Of a stretch of DNA of 24,211 bases, positions 9,338 to 17,416 are shown one piece after another. The stretch is from Candidatus Krumholzibacteriales bacterium. Lineage in GTDB: Bacteria; Krumholzibacteriota; Krumholzibacteriia; Krumholzibacteriales; WJIX01. The position numbers were made by a program, and so were the translations under genes. The first letter of the stretch is position 1; every line of letters begins with the position of its first letter. Under the pieces are notes generated by a model. The model ran no database searches. It was not told the DNA's origin and saw nothing but the letters and a program-made list of their open reading frames with translations. The stretch is taken from the NCBI GenBank assembly GCA_046483305.1, contig JAWODM010000069.1, forward strand, positions 1-24,211, given 5' to 3'.

Positions 9338-9367
9338 TTCAGTTGTATATATAGATGGAGGATTAAC

Positions 9368-10666
9368 TTGATTTCGAGATATTCTGTTCCTGATATTGAG
9401 AAGATCTGGACCGATAAGAACAAGTATGCCATCTGGCAGGAGGTGGAGGTCCTCTACTGCGAGGGGTTGGCCGAATACGGGTATATACCGAAGAAGGCGG
9501 CCAGGAAGATAAGGGCGCGGGCCGCTTTCAGCGAGAAGAGGATTGCCGCCATAGAGAAGAAGACCCGCCACGATGTGATAGCATTCCTGACTGACATGGC
9601 CGAGAAAATCGGCCCGGAAGGAAGGTACCTGCACCTGGGTATGACCAGTTCGGACCTTCTGGACACCGCCATGGCCTGCCAGCTCAGGGAGGCCGCCGGC
9701 CAGATTCTGAGACGGCTCAGGAAGCTGCGAACCGCTCTCAAGAATCAGGCGCTGAGGTATAAGGACCTTCCCATGGTGGGAAGGTCCCACGGAATTCACG
9801 CCGAGCCGATTACCTTTGGTTTGAAGCTGCTGGTCTGGTACTCGGAGGTAAACAGAAATATCGCCAGAATGGAGCGGGTCCGGGAGGAAGTCTCGGTGGG
9901 CCAGATAACCGGGGCGGTGGGGACCATGACCCACACCGACCCCAGGGTGGAGAGATACGTGATGAAGAAGCTGGGGCTGAAGCCGGCGGATGTCACCACT
10001 CAGATTATTCAGCGCGACCGCCATGCCGATTTCCTTTCGGCGGTGGCGCTGGCCGGGGGGCTGCTGGAGAAGATGGCGGTGGAGATAAGGGGCCTGCAGA
10101 GAACCGAAGTCGGAGAGGTGGAGGAACCGTTCACCAGCGGCCAGAAGGGCTCCAGCGCGATGCCCCACAAGCGGAACCCCATATTGACCGAGAGGATAAG
10201 CGGGATGGCCAGGATACTCCGGGCTAACTCCGTCACCGCGATGGAGAACATGGCGCTGTGGCATGAGAGGGACATCAGCCATTCCTCTGTGGAAAGGATT
10301 ATATTCCCGGATTCGACGGGCCTGCTGGCCTATATGACCGAGAAGATGACCTGGATAATAAAGAATATGAAGATAAGGCGGAAGGCGATGAAGAGGAACC
10401 TGGAAGCTACCGGGGGCCATATCTTCTCTCAGCATGTACTGCTGATGCTGGTGAATAAGGGCCTGTCCCGGGAAGAGGCATACCTGATAGTGCAGAGAGC
10501 CGCCATGAGAAGCATGGAATCGGATAAAAGCTTCAAACAGCTTCTCGCAGATGACAGAAAGCTCAGGGAGGTCTGCTCGGAGGAGGAGCTGGAAAGGGTG
10601 TTCGACCTTCAGAACCATTTCCGGAGGATAGATTATATATTTAAACGGACGCTGGGAAAGAAATGA
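9368..10666 (+). CDS. purB: Adenylosuccinate lyase
   Basis: MISRY, RHDVIAF, HLGMTSSD, GRSHGIHAEP, fumarate-lyase signature GSSAMPHKRNP, WHERDISHSSVER; TTG start after GGAGG. Confidence 0.98.
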   Translation: MISRYSVPDIEKIWTDKNKYAIWQEVEVLYCEGLAEYGYIPKKAARKIRARAAFSEKRIAAIEKKTRHDVIAFLTDMAEKIGPEGRYLHLGMTSSDLLDTAMACQLREAAGQILRRLRKLRTALKNQALRYKDLPMVGRSHGIHAEPITFGLKLLVWYSEVNRNIARMERVREEVSVGQITGAVGTMTHTDPRVERYVMKKLGLKPADVTTQIIQRDRHADFLSAVALAGGLLEKMAVEIRGLQRTEVGEVEEPFTSGQKGSSAMPHKRNPILTERISGMARILRANSVTAMENMALWHERDISHSSVERIIFPDSTGLLAYMTEKMTWIIKNMKIRRKAMKRNLEATGGHIFSQHVLLMLVNKGLSREEAYLIVQRAAMRSMESDKSFKQLLADDRKLREVCSEEELERVFDLQNHFRRIDYIFKRTLGKK

Positions 10667-10679
10667 AAGGATAACCGTA

Positions 10680-13037
10680 TTGCTTGAGGGAACCATACAG
10701 ATCAGGGGGAAGGACAGCCGTGAAATAGAAGAGCTGCTTTCCGAATACGGATTCAATATCACGGTGGATGAAGCCCGCCGTATAGTGGAGCTGGTAGGCA
10801 GAGATCCCACGGTGGTGGAGCTTACCATTTTCAACACCATGTGGAGCGAACACTGCAGCTACAAGAGCAGCAAGAATGTGCTGACCGAATTTCTGCCCGT
10901 TGACGCTCCCAATGTGGTGATGGGGCCGGGAGAGGATGCGGGAATAATAAGGTTCGCTCCGGCCGGCGACGGAGATAACTACTGCCTGGTAATCGCCCAT
11001 GAGAGCCATAACCATCCTTCGCAGGTGCTGCCTTTCGAGGGCGCCGCCACAGGTATCGGCGGTATTGTGAGGGATGTTTACTGCATGGGGGCGGAGGTAG
11101 TGGGAGTGCTTGACCCCCTCAGGTTCGGAGATCCCCGGGGGAAGAACGGCCGGCAGGCGGTGGATATAGCCAGGGGCGTGATCGACGGCATAGCCCAGTA
11201 CGGAAACCCATTGGGAGTTCCCAACCTGGGCGGGGATGTGATGTTTGATGAAGGTTACGACGAAAACTGCCTGGTGAACGTGGTGGCGGTGGGGCTGGTC
11301 AGAGAGTCCAGGATCATCAGGAGCAGGGTTCCCGACGAAGCCGCGGAGAAACCGTACCGGCTGATTCTGGTGGGAAAACCGACCGATGAATCCGGTTTCG
11401 GGGGAGCCGCTTTTGCCTCCGAGGACCTCGGTGATGAGGAGGAAACCGACCGGGGAGCGGTTCAGGTCCCTGATCCGTTCCTGAAGCGGGTGCTGGCGGT
11501 GGCCAACCGGGAAGTTCTGGACCTGGCGGCGGAGAGAGGGATCAGTATCGGGTTCAAGGACCTGGGAGCGGGAGGTATTGCCTGCGTTACTTCGGAGATG
11601 GCCGATGCCGGTGGGTTCGGGGTCAGAATCGATCTGGACAGGGTCAACCTGGCCGCCGGAAATTATCCTCCGGCAGTAGTCTCCTGTTCCGAAACCCAGG
11701 AGAGGTACTGCCTGGCGGTCCCGGAGGAGTTTGTCGAAGAGGTACTGGAAATCTATAACAGTCATTACGAGCTGCCTCATCTTTACCATGGGGCGGGAGC
11801 TTTCGAAATAGGGGAAGTGCTTAAGGAAAATATATACAGCATAGAATGTGGAGGGAAGAAGGTCTGTGAAACCCCGGTAAATGTTATTACTACCGGTATC
11901 TCCTACGACCGTGAGAGAAAGACCGGCAGCAGGATTTTCGAAGATCCGGAGCTGGACCCAGGAAGGGAGCTGGAGGAGGATTTCAGAAAAGTATTCTCAT
12001 CCCCGGATATAGCCTCAAAGAACTACGTTTTCAGGCATTACGATTCGGAGGTTCAGGGCAGGGCGGTGCTTCGTCCCGGCGAAGCGGATGCCGGTGTTAT
12101 AGCGCCGGTTCCATCGCTGAAGACAGGCCTGGCCTTCACCGTGGACGGCAATCACCACTATGGAAAGGTCGATCCCTACCAGGGCGGAGCTCTGGCGGTC
12201 TGCGAAGCGGCCAGGAATGTGGCGGCGGTGGGAGGAGTGCCTTCCGCGGTAACCGACTGCCTCAATTACGGAAACCCTGAGAACCCGGAAGTCTTCTGGG
12301 AATTCAGGGAAGGGGTGAGGGGAGTTGGGGACGCCTGCAGGGGCATAGGGCTTATCGGGGAGGACGGCCAGCCTCTGCCGGTGGTTTCCGGGAATGTAAG
12401 TTTCTATAACCAGGGCAAGAGCGGAAGGGCCATACCCCCTACACCAATAATAGCATGCGTGGGGGTGGTGGAGGACTATTCCAGGTGCAGATCAATCGCC
12501 TTCAAGCAGGAGAGCAACGAGGTTTTTCTGATAGGAACTCCCCTGGATGAGCTGGGAGGGAGCCAGTATTACAGAATTATATATGACAGCGTGGGAGAGA
12601 GTATCCCCCAGGCTGATTTCATTCGCGAGCGCGATCAGATCCGCTCGCTGCTGGAGATATACAGGATGGATATTTTAAAGGCCTGTCATGATATCAGCTC
12701 CGGCGGCCTGATAACGTCGCTGGGCGAGATGGCGGTGGCCTCCGCCGGAAAGCTGGGGATCACTGTGGACCTTTCCCGGATAGAGCATGCCGGGCTGCCT
12801 CCGGAAAAGCTGCTCTTTTCCGAGACAGGGGGATTTGTCATAGAGGTTTCCCCGGGGCACGAGAGAGAGATACTGGCTGTCTGCGTCAGAAACAGGGTGA
12901 GGCTTCATAAACTGGGGCGCCTGATACCAAGGCCCCGCCTGAAGATAGCATCCGGAGGAGACAGGATCGCCTCGTGGCAGGTACAGGACCTGAGAGAGAT
13001 ATACATGAACGGCTGCAGAGAAATATTCGGTAAATAA
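10680..13037 (+). CDS. purL: Phosphoribosylformylglycinamidine synthase subunit PurL (small form)
   Basis: WSEHCSYKSS, ESHNHPS, GAATGIGGIVRD, DLGAGG, SETQER, TDCLNYGNPE, SGNVSFYN, HDISSGG; TTG start after AAAGGA. Confidence 0.98.
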   Translation: MLEGTIQIRGKDSREIEELLSEYGFNITVDEARRIVELVGRDPTVVELTIFNTMWSEHCSYKSSKNVLTEFLPVDAPNVVMGPGEDAGIIRFAPAGDGDNYCLVIAHESHNHPSQVLPFEGAATGIGGIVRDVYCMGAEVVGVLDPLRFGDPRGKNGRQAVDIARGVIDGIAQYGNPLGVPNLGGDVMFDEGYDENCLVNVVAVGLVRESRIIRSRVPDEAAEKPYRLILVGKPTDESGFGGAAFASEDLGDEEETDRGAVQVPDPFLKRVLAVANREVLDLAAERGISIGFKDLGAGGIACVTSEMADAGGFGVRIDLDRVNLAAGNYPPAVVSCSETQERYCLAVPEEFVEEVLEIYNSHYELPHLYHGAGAFEIGEVLKENIYSIECGGKKVCETPVNVITTGISYDRERKTGSRIFEDPELDPGRELEEDFRKVFSSPDIASKNYVFRHYDSEVQGRAVLRPGEADAGVIAPVPSLKTGLAFTVDGNHHYGKVDPYQGGALAVCEAARNVAAVGGVPSAVTDCLNYGNPENPEVFWEFREGVRGVGDACRGIGLIGEDGQPLPVVSGNVSFYNQGKSGRAIPPTPIIACVGVVEDYSRCRSIAFKQESNEVFLIGTPLDELGGSQYYRIIYDSVGESIPQADFIRERDQIRSLLEIYRMDILKACHDISSGGLITSLGEMAVASAGKLGITVDLSRIEHAGLPPEKLLFSETGGFVIEVSPGHEREILAVCVRNRVRLHKLGRLIPRPRLKIASGGDRIASWQVQDLREIYMNGCREIFGK

Positions 13038-13044
13038 GAGAGGA

Positions 13045-13881
13045 GTGAAGCAGGTGTCAGGTCGTTTTGATGATAAAGTTGCTGTTATTCAGTTCCCGGG
13101 AGTCAACTGCGAGAATGAAACCGCCGCCGCAGCCCGGAAAGCGGGCCTGGAGGCTGAGGTCTTCCGTTGGAATATGCCCCCGGAGCTGCTGGACGGGGCC
13201 CTGGCGGTTATTCTGCCGGGTGGTTTTTCCTATCAGGACAGGATAAGGGCGGGGGCTGTGGCAGCCAAAGACAGGATAATGGACAAGCTCAGCGCACTTG
13301 CCTCCGGCGGGAAACCGGTGCTGGGTATATGCAACGGCGCGCAGGTACTGGTGGAAGCCGGATTCATCCCGGGAGTTCACTGGGAGAAGATAGACCTGGC
13401 GCTTGCCCCCAACATCATGAGCGACCGGGAGGGGTATTACTGCAACTGGGTCTACCTGAGAGTGGAGCAGGGCAACTGCCTGTGGACCGAAGAATACAGC
13501 CCCGGGAGCGTGATGCCGATCCCCATAGCTCACGCGGAGGGGCGTTTCGTAACCAGGGATGAGGGAGTAATTGATCAGATAAAGAAGAATGGTCAGATAG
13601 TGCTCCGCTACTGCGACGATTCAGGAGAAGCGGTGGACAGATTTCCGGTAAATCCCAACGGCTCTATTGAGAATGCCGCCGGTATCTGCAACCCTGACGG
13701 GAATGTACTTGCCATGATGCCTCACCCGGAGAGGGCCTCCTGGCTGCGCCAGATACCGGAAGGAATCTCCGGGCGATGGGGAGATATAAGAAGAAAGAGC
13801 TGCGGTGTTTCCGGGAATATGGAGGGCGAGGGCTCCGGCCTCGGCTTTTTCTCGGCCCTGTCCCGGATGGTATCCGGATGA
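13045..13881 (+). CDS. purQ: Phosphoribosylformylglycinamidine synthase subunit PurQ (glutaminase)
   Basis: FPGVNCE, PGGFSYQD, catalytic GICNG, IAHAEG, NPNGS, MMPHPER; GTG start after GAGGA. Confidence 0.97.
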   Translation: MKQVSGRFDDKVAVIQFPGVNCENETAAAARKAGLEAEVFRWNMPPELLDGALAVILPGGFSYQDRIRAGAVAAKDRIMDKLSALASGGKPVLGICNGAQVLVEAGFIPGVHWEKIDLALAPNIMSDREGYYCNWVYLRVEQGNCLWTEEYSPGSVMPIPIAHAEGRFVTRDEGVIDQIKKNGQIVLRYCDDSGEAVDRFPVNPNGSIENAAGICNPDGNVLAMMPHPERASWLRQIPEGISGRWGDIRRKSCGVSGNMEGEGSGLGFFSALSRMVSG

Positions 13882-13958
13882 AGGGGGCGTCCGGGGAGGC
13901 CGGCATGGTTCCGGATGCCGAAATGCTGTTTGGATTGATTATATAAGGAGGAGATGAT

Positions 13959-14597
13959 TTGAAGGCCAGCGCTGAATTATGGGTGAAACTGAAGGTTACC
14001 GACCTGGTAGTGGAGACCGCCTGGTTTACTCTCACCGAGAAGCTGGATTTCACCGGATCGCTCTACGGCCTCAGCAGGTATTCATGCTGGTTTATCTCTG
14101 CGGCAGGACCGGACGGGGAGGCCATTCTGGATGAGCTGGACGGCATCGTCAAACTGGACAGCGCTTTTATAAACCAGAATAAGCATAAATATTCCCTGGT
14201 CCTGTCGGAGAACGGAGCCGGCAGGCTGTCGGGCAGAAGGGGCGACTTCCTCCATGAAGAAGATTTTGTTCTTCGTGAAAGTAACCCAGGCGGAGCCAGG
14301 CTGGAGAGCTTCCCGGAATTCGATCTGTATGCCTGTGATTGCCTGGTCACCGAAGAGGGCGGCGGCGCGGATTACTCCAGGCGCTTGAGTTCCAGGGCAG
14401 AGCGGATAGATATTACCGGTGTGAAGCCGGGGCAGGTCTGGAGGCTTATTCTAAGGGCTGAAAGCGGGGATCAGGCCTCCCGCCTGGTGGAAGAGATCGC
14501 TGTCACCCGCTCCCGGAAAGAGGGCCTCCTGCTGAATCCGCATTACCAGAGTCATGAGATAATGGGAATAGAGCTGATATCAGGTACGGGGGAATAG
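13959..14597 (+). CDS. purS: PurS-like protein, apparently two PurS domains in tandem
   Basis: Lies between purQ and purF, with SD AAGGAGG 7 nt before a TTG. Two ~80-aa halves end in AFINQNKHKY and LLLNPHYQ, matching the PurS C-terminal LLANPVIExY pattern; ELWVKLK and ITGVKPGQVWRL match PurS strands. No other purS is present in the cluster. Confidence 0.65.
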   Translation: MKASAELWVKLKVTDLVVETAWFTLTEKLDFTGSLYGLSRYSCWFISAAGPDGEAILDELDGIVKLDSAFINQNKHKYSLVLSENGAGRLSGRRGDFLHEEDFVLRESNPGGARLESFPEFDLYACDCLVTEEGGGADYSRRLSSRAERIDITGVKPGQVWRLILRAESGDQASRLVEEIAVTRSRKEGLLLNPHYQSHEIMGIELISGTGE

Positions 14598-14600
14598 AAA

Positions 14601-16022
14601 ATGAAGGAAGAATGCGCTGTGTTCGGGATAATTGGAAGCAGCGAGGCGGCCGTGATGGCTTACCTGGGGCTGTACTCTCTCCAGCACCGGGGGCAGGAAA
14701 GCTCCGGCATAATCACTTCGGACGGCGTCAATATGTATGAGCACAAGTCGATGGGGCTGGTTTCGGAGGTATTCACGGAGGAGATACTGAAGGGGCTGGT
14801 GGGGGATATGGCGATTGGGCATAACCGCTATTCCACTACCGGGATGTCCCAGCTGGTAAATGCCCAGCCGTTCATGGTTGACTGCAAGATCGGGAAGATC
14901 GCCATCGCCCATAACGGAAATCTGATTAACGCGTCTACCCTGAGAACAGACATGGAAAAGAAAGGTTCAATATTCAGAAGCGGGATGGACAGCGAGGTGA
15001 TACTTCATCTGATAGCAAAGAGCAGAAAGAAGAATATCACGGATATGATCATAGATGCCCTCAGACAGGTAGAGGGTTCATACTCTGCGGTGTTTCTGCT
15101 CCAGGACAGGATTATTGCGGCAAGGGATCCTCACGGATTCAGGCCCCTATGCGTCGGAAGGCTGGATGACGCGGTTATATTCGCCTCGGAGAGCTGCGCC
15201 TTTGACATTCTTGACGCGGAATACACAGGAGAGGTTTCTCCGGGCCAGATCTGTATAGCTTCCAGAGATGGGCTTGAAACCATACAATTCAGCGAACCGG
15301 CAAAGCCCCTGTCAAAATGCATCTTCGAATACATCTATTTCTCCAGGCCCGACAGCAGGGTATTCGGGGAGAACGTGGACAAGGTAAGGAGAAAGATCGG
15401 CAGGAAACTCAGCCAGGAATCGCCGGCGGAGGCGGATATGGTTATATCGGTTCCCGATTCCAGCAATACCATAGCCCTGGGATACGCCAATCAATCCGGA
15501 ATCCCTTTCGAACTGGGCCTGATCAGGAACCATTACGTGGGACGGACCTTCATTCAACCGGAACAGGCGGCCAGGGATTGGGATATAAAGATAAAATTCA
15601 ACCCGGTCAAAGGGGTATTGAAGAACAAGAGAATAGTGGTGGTGGATGATTCCATTGTGAGGGGCTCCACCATGAAGAAACTTGTCGCCATGCTCAGGTC
15701 GGCGGGCGCTTCCGAGATCCATCTCAGGATAGGGTCGCCTCTGATTACACATTCATGCTATTTCGGTATAGATACACCTACCAGGAGCGAGCTTATTGCT
15801 TCCAGGTATTCGCTGGATCAGATAAGAGAATTCCTGGGTGTGGACAGCCTTGCCTATATATCGCTCCAGGGGCTCCGTTCCTGCGTCAGGAACAAGGATG
15901 ACTACTGCGTAGCCTGCTTCAGCGGGGACTACCCTGTTTCCGGGGACGATGTGGAAAGGGGAGAGCGGGGATGCGGCGGTTGCGGAGACGGATTCAGGCC
16001 GGGTTCGGGAGTAAGGAAATGA
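14601..16022 (+). CDS. purF: Amidophosphoribosyltransferase, Fe-S type
   Basis: Short propeptide MKEE then nucleophile C-AVFG, LQHRGQE, GHNRYST, HNGNL, PRPP motif VVDDSIVRGST; 4Fe-4S ligands in CIFEY, CYFG and CVAC. Confidence 0.98.
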   Translation: MKEECAVFGIIGSSEAAVMAYLGLYSLQHRGQESSGIITSDGVNMYEHKSMGLVSEVFTEEILKGLVGDMAIGHNRYSTTGMSQLVNAQPFMVDCKIGKIAIAHNGNLINASTLRTDMEKKGSIFRSGMDSEVILHLIAKSRKKNITDMIIDALRQVEGSYSAVFLLQDRIIAARDPHGFRPLCVGRLDDAVIFASESCAFDILDAEYTGEVSPGQICIASRDGLETIQFSEPAKPLSKCIFEYIYFSRPDSRVFGENVDKVRRKIGRKLSQESPAEADMVISVPDSSNTIALGYANQSGIPFELGLIRNHYVGRTFIQPEQAARDWDIKIKFNPVKGVLKNKRIVVVDDSIVRGSTMKKLVAMLRSAGASEIHLRIGSPLITHSCYFGIDTPTRSELIASRYSLDQIREFLGVDSLAYISLQGLRSCVRNKDDYCVACFSGDYPVSGDDVERGERGCGGCGDGFRPGSGVRK

Positions 16023-17413
16023 GTCCCTTCAGCGGATTGAAAAGAGAATATATCGACGATGTGCTGGAGCTGGGTGCCTCCAGCGGATCTGAATTCACGG
16101 AGCTTTTTCTTGAACAGAGAAAATCATTCTTCTTTCTGCTCGAGGACGGCAAAGCTGAAAAGATATCCAGCGGGACCGATTCCGGATTCGGTATCAGGAT
16201 AATAAATTCCGGAAGAACATCCTACGGTTATTCCAATATAATTACCAGGGAAGAAATGATTAAGGTGGCCAGGGGGTTACTGGAGGGCGGCGGGAGAGGC
16301 GCAGGCGGTTATACTCCCGCCGGGGAAACCGTATACGGCGGCAATGACGGCGTTGAAATGCCAGCCGGGGATATTCCCGCCGGACGCAAACTCCAGCTCG
16401 CTTTCGAAGCCGACCGTGAGGCGAGAAATACCTCAGGGGAGATTTCGCAGGTAAGTGTGAGTTATGGCGACAGCGCCCGGCAGGTGGAGATATATAATAG
16501 TGAGGGGGCTGCCGTACGGGACCTGAGAAGACAGATATTCTTCAATGTAAGGGCGGTGGCTTCTAACAGCTCGGGAACTCAGTCCGCCTCCAGGAGTGTG
16601 GGAGGGAACCACGGATTCGAGCACCTGGATGACCGGATGGCTTCGCGGATGGGACGGGAGACCGCAGAAAGCGCGGTCAGTATACTGCACGCCTCCAGAA
16701 TCAGGGGTGGAAGCATGCCGGTGGTGATAGGGAGCGAAGCGGGCGGCACCATGGTGCACGAAGCGATAGGGCACGGCCTGGAAGGCGATTCAGCCTGCAG
16801 GGGCCAGTCCATATACAGCGGCAGAACCGGCGAGAAGGTTGCCTCCGAACTGGTAACGGTGGTGGATGACAGCACTCTGCCCGGCAAAAGGGGGTCATAC
16901 AGTTTCGATGACGAGGGCACTCCCGCGGGCAGGACGGTCCTGGTGGAAAGAGGTATTCTGAAAGGATTTATTCACAGCCTGGAATCGGCCTGGAGAATGC
17001 AGACCGCCAGCACCGGAAACGGCAGGAGGCAGTCTTTCAGGTACAGGCCTATAGTCAGGATGAGCAATACCCTTATCGTTCCGGGAGATCATAACCCCGA
17101 AGATATAATATCCAGTGTGGACAGCGGGATGTACGTTAAACGTATGGGAGGAGGGCAGGTGGATACCTCTTCCGGTGATTTCGTTTTCAGGGTCAACGAA
17201 GGTTACAGAATAGAGAAGGGAAGGATAACTGATCCGGTGAGGGGAGCCACCCTGATAGGCAACGGCCCCGAGATTCTGCGTCAGATAGATATGGTGGGCA
17301 GTGACCTGGGTTTCGATATCGGCACCTGCGGTAAGGACGGGCAGCACGTCCCGGTATCAGACGCCCAGCCGACCATCAGGATTCCCTCGATAACTGTCGG
17401 TGGCGAGGAGTAG
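16019..17413 (+). CDS. tldD: TldD/PmbA family metalloprotease, catalytic TldD-type subunit
   Basis: HEAIGH (HExxxH), DDEG, TGNGRR, RMSNT, GGQVD, CGKDGQ..PVSDAQP. The likely start is the ATG at 16019 (ATGA overlap with the purF stop, AAGGA upstream) rather than 15971. Confidence 0.93.
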   Translation: MSPFSGLKREYIDDVLELGASSGSEFTELFLEQRKSFFFLLEDGKAEKISSGTDSGFGIRIINSGRTSYGYSNIITREEMIKVARGLLEGGGRGAGGYTPAGETVYGGNDGVEMPAGDIPAGRKLQLAFEADREARNTSGEISQVSVSYGDSARQVEIYNSEGAAVRDLRRQIFFNVRAVASNSSGTQSASRSVGGNHGFEHLDDRMASRMGRETAESAVSILHASRIRGGSMPVVIGSEAGGTMVHEAIGHGLEGDSACRGQSIYSGRTGEKVASELVTVVDDSTLPGKRGSYSFDDEGTPAGRTVLVERGILKGFIHSLESAWRMQTASTGNGRRQSFRYRPIVRMSNTLIVPGDHNPEDIISSVDSGMYVKRMGGGQVDTSSGDFVFRVNEGYRIEKGRITDPVRGATLIGNGPEILRQIDMVGSDLGFDIGTCGKDGQHVPVSDAQPTIRIPSITVGGEE

Positions 17414-17416
17414 GTT

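Noticed and set aside
9311..10840. 509-aa minus-strand ORF, and similar long antisense ORFs at 4141-5019, 7079-8035 and 10641-11789
   Set aside because: They lie opposite well-conserved genes in GC-rich DNA and have no recognisable motifs; typical shadow ORFs.
13903..13962. CGGCAT/ATGCCG hairpin and a Met-Ile-stop mini-ORF (13954-13962) before the purS-like gene as a purine riboswitch or attenuator
   Set aside because: Only a 6-bp stem, no purine or ZTP riboswitch consensus recognised, and SD spacing favours the TTG at 13959.
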